Made by a program: the position numbers and the translations under genes. 64,000 nt of DNA from Thermoanaerobaculia bacterium (GTDB lineage: Bacteria; Acidobacteriota; Thermoanaerobaculia; Gp7-AA8). The stretch covers positions 13,590-77,589 of the forward strand of contig DATISF010000043.1 of assembly GCA_035468985.1 (NCBI GenBank). The letters are read 5' to 3'. Shown here one piece after another: positions 30,981 through 38,710 of this stretch; positions within the stretch are counted from its first letter, which is position 1, and every line of letters begins with the position of its first letter. Below the pieces are notes generated by a model. The model was not told the origin of the DNA, did not search any database, and saw nothing but the letters and a program-made list of their open reading frames with translations.

Positions 30981-33722
30981 TCAAGCCGCGGCGGCAGCCG
31001 ACGGCACTTGAACGGCGTCGAGATCTGCGAGCAATGCTCCGGCGTCGGCGTAGCGCGCCTTCGGATCCTTCGCCAGGCAACGCATGACGATGGCGTTGAT
31101 CCGCTCCCCGAGCTCCGGCCGGACTTCGAGCAACGGCTTCGGCGCCTCGGTGATGTGGGCGGTGAGGACGCCGGTCAGCGACGACGATTCGAACGGACGC
31201 TTGCCGGCGAGCATCTCGTACATCAGCACGCCCATCGAGTAAACGTCGCTGCGCGGATCGAGCTGCTTTCCCTGAACCTGCTCGGGACTCATGTAGTGCG
31301 GCGTTCCGACGATCAGCCCCGCCTGGGTCATCGCTTCCTTCGCCTCGGCCATGCGCGCGATGCCGAAATCCATCAGCTTCACTTCGCCCTTGGCGTCGAT
31401 GAGAACGTTCTGCGGCTTGATGTCGCGATGGATGATGCCCTGCTCGTGCGCGGCCTGCAGCCCACGGCAGATCTGCCGCGTGATGCCCATGGCCACGCGC
31501 GGGGCCATCTGACGTCCGGCCGATTCCGTGAGCAGCTCCGAAAGCGTGTAGCCGCGAACGAACTCCATGCTGATGAAATACACACCTTCCGCTTCGCCGT
31601 AGTCGTAGGTTCTCAGGACGTTGCGATGTGTGATCTTGCGCGCCAGCCGGATCTCGCGTTTGAAGCGCTCGAGATCCTCCGGCGAGCGCTGCATGACATC
31701 GCCCGGGAGAGTCTTGATGGCGACGATCTCGTCGAGCTGCGTGTCGCTCGCTTTGTAGACCACGCCCATCCCGCCGCGGCCGAGGACCTGCTCGATGCGG
31801 TAGCGGCTGGCGAAGACCTGGCCGGTGGTGAGATCGACGACGGACTTCGCCGGGGCCGCTCCTTCCGTTCCGTCGAGCCGGATGGTCGCGGCCGCCGGCG
31901 TCGTGCCCCCGATCGACCGGATCATGCCCGTCGTGACGCTGACCAGCGGGAGCGACGCGACGGGGAGCGCCTGCGCCAGCCACTTCAGCTTCACCTCTTC
32001 GCGCGTGGCCGAGCTGAGGACCTCGCCACCCGCCGCTTGTGCCGTTTCGTAGGAGATGTATGCGGTACCGGTCGGCGCGTGCCACGCGAAAAGCGACGCG
32101 AGCAGCGGAGCATTGCCGACGACGGCAACACCGCTTTCGCGGGAGAGATCGACGGAGCCTGTGACGAACTCGCCGGTGGCGATGCCGACGCCAATGGACA
32201 TCGGGTTCTGCGGCATCTGCGTGGCCAGCTCCTCGTTGATAGCACGCGAGGCGCGGATGGCGTGAATGATCCCGCGATCGCCGCGGAAGACGCTGACCAG
32301 ACGATGCCCGACGATCTCGCGCACCTCGCCGTCCTGGCGCATGACTTCCGCTTCCTGCAACCTCATCACGCGGGCAACGGAGTCGATGACCGATTGTGCG
32401 TCGCCTCCGCCGACCGTGGGCGGGAGGCCGCGGAGATCGGTGACCAGCACCGTTCCCTCATCGAGTTTCGGGGCCTCGCTGCGCCGCGGCTGAATGGCCT
32501 CGCGTTCGGCGGAACGCGCGGCCATCTGCTGATACAGCTCCTCGAGCTCGGCCTTGTCGCGCAGTGAGACGATCATCTTCGCGAACGCGCGGCCAAGGAT
32601 GCCCACTTCGTCTCCGCGGCTCACCGCGGGCTGAACGTTGTAGTCCCCGGCGGTCACGGCCTGCGCCATGCGCGCGAGATGCTCGATCGGCCGCGTCATC
32701 CGCTTGGCAATCAGCCACGACAGCATGAAGGCCAGCAGGAGAGCGATGCCTCCGCCGACGAGCAGGGCGTTCTCGATCTGGCGGAACGGCGCCATCTCCC
32801 GATCGACGGAGCGGAGAAACACGGCTGCGCCGATCGTTTTCCGGTCCGCGAGCAGCGGCTCGCCGGTCAACACGTACGAGCTTCGCTCGATCGTCTGCGT
32901 GGCCGGCGACATGCGCTTGCCGCTCTTCACGATCTGATCGACGCCGTGCATCTGCTGCATGCCGAAGCTCGGCGCGCCGGACGAGCGCGTCACCGTCCCG
33001 CTTCCCGCGGCCATGAACATCACGTCGGCGTTGGTCGATTCGGCGATCCGATTGGCGAACGTCTCGTCGATCGCCGATGCGTTCAGCAGGTAGGCGATGC
33101 GGACCGGAGGTGTGCCGATCGCCACCGGTGCCACGGCCGCATGAAACAGCCGCTGGCCCAGCAGGATCACGCCGCGCGCATCGGGAAGCGTCGAGTCGTC
33201 GATGATCTTCTTCACGAACGGCGACTGCTCATACAGATCTTCACCCGATGCGGCCGTCACGCTCGGCTGATCGGTTCGAGTGATCACTTTGCCCTGATCG
33301 TCGAGCAGCACGAGAACATCGCTGCCGAATGACTGCCGGCGCTGCTCGAGCTGATCGTTCAGGCTGACGAGGTCCGTCGCCGGCTGACCGGCTCCGGCGA
33401 AGTTCTCGCGGATGTACGCGTAGAAGTTCGGATCGTTGCCGAGGAGCTGGACGGGAACGGCAAGACGCGCGAGCCGCTGCGTCTCCTGGTCATCAAACAG
33501 GCGCACCGCACCGGCGATCGACTTGTTGACGGTTTCCCGCGCCACCGTCGATGCGCGCTGGATGGTGATCGCCACGGCGATTCCGACGACCGCGGCAATC
33601 AGCAGCGCCGTCAGGCCGAATAGCCGAAGCACCAGCGGCACACGGGCGCGTTCGACGGTGTAGACGGGCACCGGCGCCATCTCGCCGCTGGTGCTGGCCG
33701 CCGCTCGCGCCGTCGCCGCCAC
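30981..33722 (-). CDS. membrane sensor Ser/Thr protein kinase: periplasmic (Cache-like) domain, HAMP, cyclase-homology-like domain, Hanks kinase
   Basis: Two TM helices flank a ~280-aa extracytoplasmic region. HAMP follows. A segment resembling a class III nucleotidyl cyclase (GTVLVTDLRG ... MSIGVGIATGEFVTGSV). C-terminal kinase (GRGGMGVVYKA, HRDIKPQNVLI, DFGIA, GTPHYMSPE). Confidence 0.8.
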   Translation of the reverse strand: MAATARAAASTSGEMAPVPVYTVERARVPLVLRLFGLTALLIAAVVGIAVAITIQRASTVARETVNKSIAGAVRLFDDQETQRLARLAVPVQLLGNDPNFYAYIRENFAGAGQPATDLVSLNDQLEQRRQSFGSDVLVLLDDQGKVITRTDQPSVTAASGEDLYEQSPFVKKIIDDSTLPDARGVILLGQRLFHAAVAPVAIGTPPVRIAYLLNASAIDETFANRIAESTNADVMFMAAGSGTVTRSSGAPSFGMQQMHGVDQIVKSGKRMSPATQTIERSSYVLTGEPLLADRKTIGAAVFLRSVDREMAPFRQIENALLVGGGIALLLAFMLSWLIAKRMTRPIEHLARMAQAVTAGDYNVQPAVSRGDEVGILGRAFAKMIVSLRDKAELEELYQQMAARSAEREAIQPRRSEAPKLDEGTVLVTDLRGLPPTVGGGDAQSVIDSVARVMRLQEAEVMRQDGEVREIVGHRLVSVFRGDRGIIHAIRASRAINEELATQMPQNPMSIGVGIATGEFVTGSVDLSRESGVAVVGNAPLLASLFAWHAPTGTAYISYETAQAAGGEVLSSATREEVKLKWLAQALPVASLPLVSVTTGMIRSIGGTTPAAATIRLDGTEGAAPAKSVVDLTTGQVFASRYRIEQVLGRGGMGVVYKASDTQLDEIVAIKTLPGDVMQRSPEDLERFKREIRLARKITHRNVLRTYDYGEAEGVYFISMEFVRGYTLSELLTESAGRQMAPRVAMGITRQICRGLQAAHEQGIIHRDIKPQNVLIDAKGEVKLMDFGIARMAEAKEAMTQAGLIVGTPHYMSPEQVQGKQLDPRSDVYSMGVLMYEMLAGKRPFESSSLTGVLTAHITEAPKPLLEVRPELGERINAIVMRCLAKDPKARYADAGALLADLDAVQVPSAAAAA

Positions 33723-34394
33723 TCAGTATTCCCTGGTGCTCGGAGCCTGATACGGCTTGCCGACCTTGTTCAGATGTTCGGTGACGCGGAAGTTGCGGCT
33801 GTCGATCGTCAGCGCGACGGGCGTTGCCAGCCCCGATGCCCCGACGTCGATCGACGACTCGGCGACGCCGCCCTGCTCGTTCCACGCCACGATCTTGTAG
33901 CGGCCGGGAGGAACGTCAAACGCGTAGTGCCCGGCCTCGTCGGCGAACGCGTAATACGGCGTCGCCATCACGTGGATGACCGCCGACATGTTCGGATGCA
34001 CGTTGCAGTAGACGTTCACGATGCCGGGACTCTGAAACTTCTCGCTCTTGCCGGCGCCGCGCCGGTAGAGGCCGAGATCGAAAGCATTGCCGCTGGAGAG
34101 CGAGAAGAGATTGTGCGAGATCGGGTCCTCGTTCGGAAATGTAACGGTCGATCCTACCGGAATCGCCAGCACGTGGGGGAGGAGCGTCTTGCTGCGCGTC
34201 GTCATCTGCACGGTCTCGGGAGCGCGGCGCGCCACCCGCACGCCGGCCGGCTCGAGCCACACCAGAGTCTCGTTCACCGTCGGCCGCTGACCCCGCTTCG
34301 TCACGAATGCCACCGAGCCGGTGACCGGAGCCGCTTGAATGGTGCCGCTGAACAGAGCAATAGCAAGCGTGGCGAGGGGGAAAAGTCGTTTCAT
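33723..34394 (-). CDS. secreted cupredoxin-like (type-1 copper, amicyanin-like) protein
   Basis: Signal peptide MKRLFPLATLAIALFSGTIQA. His ... C-x2-H-x2-M (YCNVHPNMSAV) ligand arrangement. Stop abuts the kinase start codon. Confidence 0.55.
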   Translation of the reverse strand: MKRLFPLATLAIALFSGTIQAAPVTGSVAFVTKRGQRPTVNETLVWLEPAGVRVARRAPETVQMTTRSKTLLPHVLAIPVGSTVTFPNEDPISHNLFSLSSGNAFDLGLYRRGAGKSEKFQSPGIVNVYCNVHPNMSAVIHVMATPYYAFADEAGHYAFDVPPGRYKIVAWNEQGGVAESSIDVGASGLATPVALTIDSRNFRVTEHLNKVGKPYQAPSTREY

Positions 34395-34640
34395 TTCAAG
34401 GGCTCCGCGGAGCAAAAAGTCTAACACAGCGACCCCGCTTGTCCCGGCGCGCTCGTCGCAGTTTGAATGTGTGCGATTTTGTTTTGCGATTCGCCGCGAA
34501 AAACGTATCATGCTATCCATGCATGAAAGTGAGAGGGAGCGGGGGCGCATGCAATAAACGCATGCGGACGCTGTTTCCTTCTCCAGAGTTTCTTTGACAG
34601 ATCAAAAAGTTCCCGCTCCTCCCTTCCACCACGGGGCGAG

Positions 34641-34814
34641 ATGGAGCGGTCGATCCGGTCCGCGACGCCGGCGAGGTGGGTCGTGGCGTACGACATGACG
34701 CTTGTTGCGGGTCCGCCGGAAATTCTTGGGGGAGGAGGTACAAATTTCAAATGGATTGTTCCAATAAACCTGAGGGGGCTAGTTCGTAGCACCCAACCCC
34801 AGAAGGGCGCCTGA
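34641..34814 (+). CDS. candidate small ORF (57 codons) ending inside the terminator stem; could instead be part of a non-coding RNA
   Basis: ATG at 34641. Mixed codon bias (GC3-rich first half, AT-rich second half). Below the ORF-track length cut-off. Confidence 0.15.
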   Translation: MERSIRSATPARWVVAYDMTLVAGPPEILGGGGTNFKWIVPINLRGLVRSTQPQKGA

Positions 34815-34835
34815 AACCAGGCGCCCTTTTTCATT
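34803..34835 (+). terminator. strong intrinsic terminator (plus-strand orientation)
   Basis: aagggcgcctg-aaac-caggcgccctt (11-bp perfect stem) followed by TTTCATTTG. No U-tract on the minus-strand side. Confidence 0.7.
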
Positions 34836-34848
34836 TGTGGAGCCGACG

Positions 34849-35118
34849 TCAGTCCAGCCGCGGGATGATCACGCGGCCGCGCTCCAGCGGAATCGGCGGC
34901 ATCTGCGGCGCCACGATGGCGCGCAACCTCTCCTTCAACTCCTCCGCACAATCGAAGTCGGCGGCGAGCAGCTGAAAAATCGCCTGCACGTCCGCCGCGC
35001 GCAACCGGCTCGGCTTCCGGTCCAGACACGCGTTCGTCTTGCACCTCGGCGTGCAGTATTTCCGCGTCGCTCTCGTTTTCGGGAATTTGCCACCGCAGTA
35101 CGAGCAGGTCCCCATCAC
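34849..35118 (-). CDS. small zinc-ribbon protein, hypothetical
   Basis: 89 aa. CSYCGGK...CTPRC four-Cys arrangement. Confidence 0.4.
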   Translation of the reverse strand: MMGTCSYCGGKFPKTRATRKYCTPRCKTNACLDRKPSRLRAADVQAIFQLLAADFDCAEELKERLRAIVAPQMPPIPLERGRVIIPRLD

Positions 35119-35175
35119 ACCCTCCCAACCGACATGCAGCGGTTCTTGTGCAGATTGTAAACGAACTCGTGCTGG

Positions 35176-36810
35176 TCAGACGCCCAGGGCCAGGCGATCG
35201 AAGCCGGTCTGCTGCGAATGCTGATCGATGACTCCGACCGAAATCTGGTTGAGACCCGCGGGCACGAGGACGTCCACGGCGAAAGTGATCGTCTTCCCTT
35301 TCAGCGACGGGACGGCGGTTGCGGGCCAGCGGAACTGATGCTCCTGACGATTGACGGTGGTGGCCGCACCGCGATTGTCGCCGCTCGAAACGTACACGGT
35401 GAAGCCGCCGGCGACCTCCTCGCCGTCCCGGTCGATCTGCAGGCTGTCGATGGGGATGAGCACCTTGAGATGAACCTTGCGCCGGTCGCCATCGGCCACG
35501 GGAGGATCGGCGGCGAGCGCGATCCGGAGATCGTTCGACGCCGGCGCGGTGATGTGATTCGCCAGCACGGTCTCGCGCATCCGGTCATCGGCTGACTGCG
35601 GAGCCGCCGCGCGGTTGACGCGAACCTTGTAGCCGCTCTTCGACTTCACCACCATCGGCGCATTGGGATCCGTCCCAGGGACCGCTCGGTATCCGAGCGA
35701 GTAGTACGCATCGAGATCGTTCGAGATCTGCGCGAGCGCACCCTCGGGCGGCGTGCCGTAGAAGGCGGTGCCGCCCGTGCCGCGCACCAGAGCCTCGTAG
35801 CCGGCGCGGTTTCCCGCCGATGTCGCGAACTGCACGCGGATATCGCCCGGCTGGGTGTCGGCCACGGTCCCGCCGCTCTTCTCGTTCTGCCCCGGATTGA
35901 TGGCATAGAGCATGACGCCCCGTCGCGTCGCCGTCGAAGTCACATCGCGCAGCACGGGGCCGAGATCGAATTCACTCGCTTCCGTCAGCGGAGAGGCCGT
36001 GCTTGCACCTTTCCTCAGGACTTGCGGTCCCGCGCCGGCCTCGATGTTCATCTTCACGTTGTTGAGGTAGTGGAAGAGGTCCGAACCGGGATTCGTCGGC
36101 ATGCCCTCGCCGACGAGGATGATCACTTTCTTCTGCGCGTTCGGCGGGAAGTAGGCAATCGACGCTTTGATCGAGTACAGGGCCGACGCGCAATCGCGCA
36201 TCAGGGCCGCGGAATACGCGCGCACGGCCTGGGTCATCTCGTCGAAGTCGGGCGGGCGCTCGTTCTGACTCAGGCTTCCCGCGCGACGGACGACTTCGTC
36301 GATTCGCGACTCCGCCTCGCGACGCTCCTGCTCGATCATCGTCGTGCCCTCGCCGGCCACGACATCGACCGCGGCCGCAGCGGCGCGACTGTCAAATGTC
36401 CACGGCTGCTTCATCTGCAGTCCCGGCATCACGGTCAGCACGGCGATCCGGTCGGCCGGCCGCAGTTGGCCGGCCATCCAGCCCTTGACCGCGTCGGCGG
36501 CCTTCCGCCGGTTCGGCATCGTGAGCGTGGTGTTGTCGAACACGATCAGCACCGAACGCGACGGCGCGGCGACCACGCTTCCGGTCGCCGGCATCGCAGC
36601 CGAAACCTCCGAGAAATTCGTGATCTCTCGCGCCTTCCCACCCTCGAGAAGATCGAATTCGCCTTTGGCCAGTCCGCGAACCGCTTTCCCTCGAGAGTCG
36701 GTGACGACGAGATCGAGATTCGTGATCGTGACATCGACAGTCTCACGAACCTGGGCGAAGGCCAGCGTGGAGATCAGCGGCAGAGCCGCGACTGCGAGGG
36801 GCCATCGCAT
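35176..36810 (-). CDS. secreted vWFA-domain protein (VWFA-related Acidobacterial domain family, TIGR03436-like)
   Basis: Signal peptide. N-terminal beta-strand region VDVTITNLDLVVTDSRGKAVRGLAKGEFDLLEGGKAREITNFSEV characteristic of that family. vWA fold follows. Confidence 0.7.
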   Translation of the reverse strand: MRWPLAVAALPLISTLAFAQVRETVDVTITNLDLVVTDSRGKAVRGLAKGEFDLLEGGKAREITNFSEVSAAMPATGSVVAAPSRSVLIVFDNTTLTMPNRRKAADAVKGWMAGQLRPADRIAVLTVMPGLQMKQPWTFDSRAAAAAVDVVAGEGTTMIEQERREAESRIDEVVRRAGSLSQNERPPDFDEMTQAVRAYSAALMRDCASALYSIKASIAYFPPNAQKKVIILVGEGMPTNPGSDLFHYLNNVKMNIEAGAGPQVLRKGASTASPLTEASEFDLGPVLRDVTSTATRRGVMLYAINPGQNEKSGGTVADTQPGDIRVQFATSAGNRAGYEALVRGTGGTAFYGTPPEGALAQISNDLDAYYSLGYRAVPGTDPNAPMVVKSKSGYKVRVNRAAAPQSADDRMRETVLANHITAPASNDLRIALAADPPVADGDRRKVHLKVLIPIDSLQIDRDGEEVAGGFTVYVSSGDNRGAATTVNRQEHQFRWPATAVPSLKGKTITFAVDVLVPAGLNQISVGVIDQHSQQTGFDRLALGV

Positions 36811-36827
36811 TCGCGGAATTATAGGCG

Positions 36828-36916
36828 TGGTGCCTCCGGCCGGACTCGAACCGGCACGCCCGTTTCCGAGCAGCGGATTTTAAGTCCGCAGCGTCTGCCA
36901 ATTCCGCCACGGAGGC
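36828..36916 (-). tRNA. tRNA-Leu (anticodon UAA), class II with long variable arm, CCA encoded
   Basis: Reverse complement GCCTCCGTGGCGGAATTGGCAGACGCTGCGGACTTAAAATCCGCTGCTCGGAAACGGGCGTGCCGGTTCGAGTCCGGCCGGAGGCACCA. 7-bp acceptor stem. Anticodon loop CUUAAAA. T-loop GGTTCGAGTCC. Confidence 0.85.
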
Positions 36917-36961
36917 TGTCACGATCATAACGGGTAGCGTTCGGATATCATTCGCCCGCCC

Positions 36962-38155
36962 TTGGAGCTCACCATGACCACCCAGGCAGTTGAAATCACC
37001 ACCGGAGCGCCGCTCACGGTCCTTTCCGAAGAAGAACAGATGTTCCAGCAGAGCGTTCGCGATTTCGCCGTCGAGCGCATCCGCCCCCTCGTCCACAAGA
37101 TGGATCACGACGCGGCGATGGACCGCGACCTGATGCGTAGCTTTTTCGATCTCGGCATCATGGGAATCGAAGTCCCCGACCCGTGGGGCGGCGCCGGCTC
37201 GACGTTTTTCACCGCCGTTCTCGTCGTCGAGGAGCTATCGCACGTCGACGCCTCCTGCGGCGTGCTCGTCGACGTCCAGAACACGCTCGTCAACAACGCC
37301 ATCCTGCGCTGGGGCAATGAAGACCAGAAATCGAAGTACCTGACCATGCTCGCCCGCGACACCGTCGGCGCCTACGCGCTGTCGGAAGCGGGATCGGGAT
37401 CCGACGCCTTCGCCCTCTCCCTGAAAGCCGAAAACAAAGGCGATTCCTGGGTCCTGAACGGCCAGAAGCTCTGGATCACGAATGCAGCCGAGGCGGGAGT
37501 GTTCATCGTGTTCGCGAACGCGAATCCCGACGCCGGCTACAAAGGCATCACCGCCTTCCTGATCGAACGCGATTTCCCCGGTTTCGCGGTCGGCAAGAAG
37601 GAGGACAAGCTCGGCATCCGCGCCTCCTCGACCTGCGAGCTGATCCTCGAAGACTGCCGCGTCCCGAAAGAAAACGTCCTCGGCGAAATCGGCAAGGGCT
37701 ACAAGATCGCCATCGAGACGCTGAACGAAGGCCGCATCGGCATCGGCGCGCAGATGATCGGCGTCGCCCGGGGCGCGCTCGAACATGCCATCGCGTACAC
37801 AAAAGACCGCAAGCAGTTCGGGAAACAGATCTCCGAGTTTCAGGCCGTGCAGTTCCAGATCGCCGAGGCGGCGACGCAGCTCGAGGCGGCCCGGCTGATG
37901 GTCTACAACGCCGCACGCCTGAAAGATGCGAAGAAGCCGTTCGTCCGCGAGGCGGCCATGGCAAAGCTGTTCTCGTCGGAAGTCTGCGAGAAGGTCACCT
38001 CACTCGCGGTGCAGCTGTTCGGCGGAAACGGATACACGAAGGAGTATCCGGTCGAGAAGTTCTGGCGCGACTCGAAGGTCGGACAGATCTACGAAGGCAC
38101 GTCGAACATGCAGCTGCAGACGATCGCCAAGACGATCATCACGGAGCGTCTGTAG
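36962..38155 (+). CDS. acyl-CoA dehydrogenase (short/branched-chain type)
   Basis: Full-length ACAD with conserved catalytic region YEGTSNMQLQTIAK and FAD-binding blocks. About 397 aa. Confidence 0.85.
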   Translation: MELTMTTQAVEITTGAPLTVLSEEEQMFQQSVRDFAVERIRPLVHKMDHDAAMDRDLMRSFFDLGIMGIEVPDPWGGAGSTFFTAVLVVEELSHVDASCGVLVDVQNTLVNNAILRWGNEDQKSKYLTMLARDTVGAYALSEAGSGSDAFALSLKAENKGDSWVLNGQKLWITNAAEAGVFIVFANANPDAGYKGITAFLIERDFPGFAVGKKEDKLGIRASSTCELILEDCRVPKENVLGEIGKGYKIAIETLNEGRIGIGAQMIGVARGALEHAIAYTKDRKQFGKQISEFQAVQFQIAEAATQLEAARLMVYNAARLKDAKKPFVREAAMAKLFSSEVCEKVTSLAVQLFGGNGYTKEYPVEKFWRDSKVGQIYEGTSNMQLQTIAKTIITERL

Positions 38156-38159
38156 GCGG

Positions 38160-38246
38160 TTACTGCTTTCGTGCCTCGTCGGCCTTGTTGCGGATCCAGG
38201 TTCCGAGGATCACGGCGGCAAGCAGGATGAGGACGATCCAGAGCAT
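38160..38246 (-). CDS. candidate 28-aa single-TM micropeptide
   Basis: MLWIVLILLAAVILGTWIRNKADEARKQ. ATG overlaps the stop of the upstream ORF (ATGA). Confidence 0.2.
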   Translation of the reverse strand: MLWIVLILLAAVILGTWIRNKADEARKQ

Positions 38247-38710
38247 CAGAGTTCCCTCTGCCTTCGCGCCAGGCGTTGCAGGAAATCGGAAGCGATGCCG
38301 CCGCTCGTCCGCCGCAGCGTGAGGAAATAGACGGCGATGGCGACGATCCCGCCCATCCATGCCAGCGTTCCGAGCTCCTGCTGGTGCGGGAAAAACGGCC
38401 AGATCATGAACATCAGGGCGCCAATGACGCCGACGATGAGCATGGCCACGCGCTGCGCCTTCGGCGCATCGACTTCACGATCGCAGCTCAGACGAACCGT
38501 GGCTTGATCGGTCTCCGCCGCCGACCACGAGACCGTGCATTCGACCGAACCGGCCGTGGCCACTCCCCTGCGCAACGGCAGGATGAACCTCCGCTCGAAC
38601 GCCCGCGATTCCTTGATCTCGCCGCCGTAAAGGTCGACGAGCTCGCCGATCGTCTCCTCGATGCCCTTCGCCGGAATCCGATCCTCGGTGAACTCCACCG
38701 GTTCAGCCAT
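38246..38710 (-). CDS. hypothetical protein with two C-terminal TM helices
   Basis: 154 aa from ATG 38710 (MAEPVEFTEDRIP...). 8-bp overlap with the peptidase stop. No recognisable domain. Confidence 0.4.
   Translation of the reverse strand: MAEPVEFTEDRIPAKGIEETIGELVDLYGGEIKESRAFERRFILPLRRGVATAGSVECTVSWSAAETDQATVRLSCDREVDAPKAQRVAMLIVGVIGALMFMIWPFFPHQQELGTLAWMGGIVAIAVYFLTLRRTSGGIASDFLQRLARRQREL

Noticed and set aside
34395-34848. RNase P RNA, tmRNA, SRP RNA or 6S RNA in the atypical intergenic region
   Set aside because: Conserved P4 (AGGAAAGUCCGGGC / ACAGAANCCGGCUUA), tmRNA tag/ACCA terminus and SRP domain IV motifs were not found by eye. The region is kept only as an unclassified candidate.
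36828-36916. Genomic island or prophage integrated at tRNA-Leu
   Set aside because: No integrase/recombinase, phage or transposase genes flank the tRNA. Neighbouring genes are ordinary metabolic or secreted proteins.
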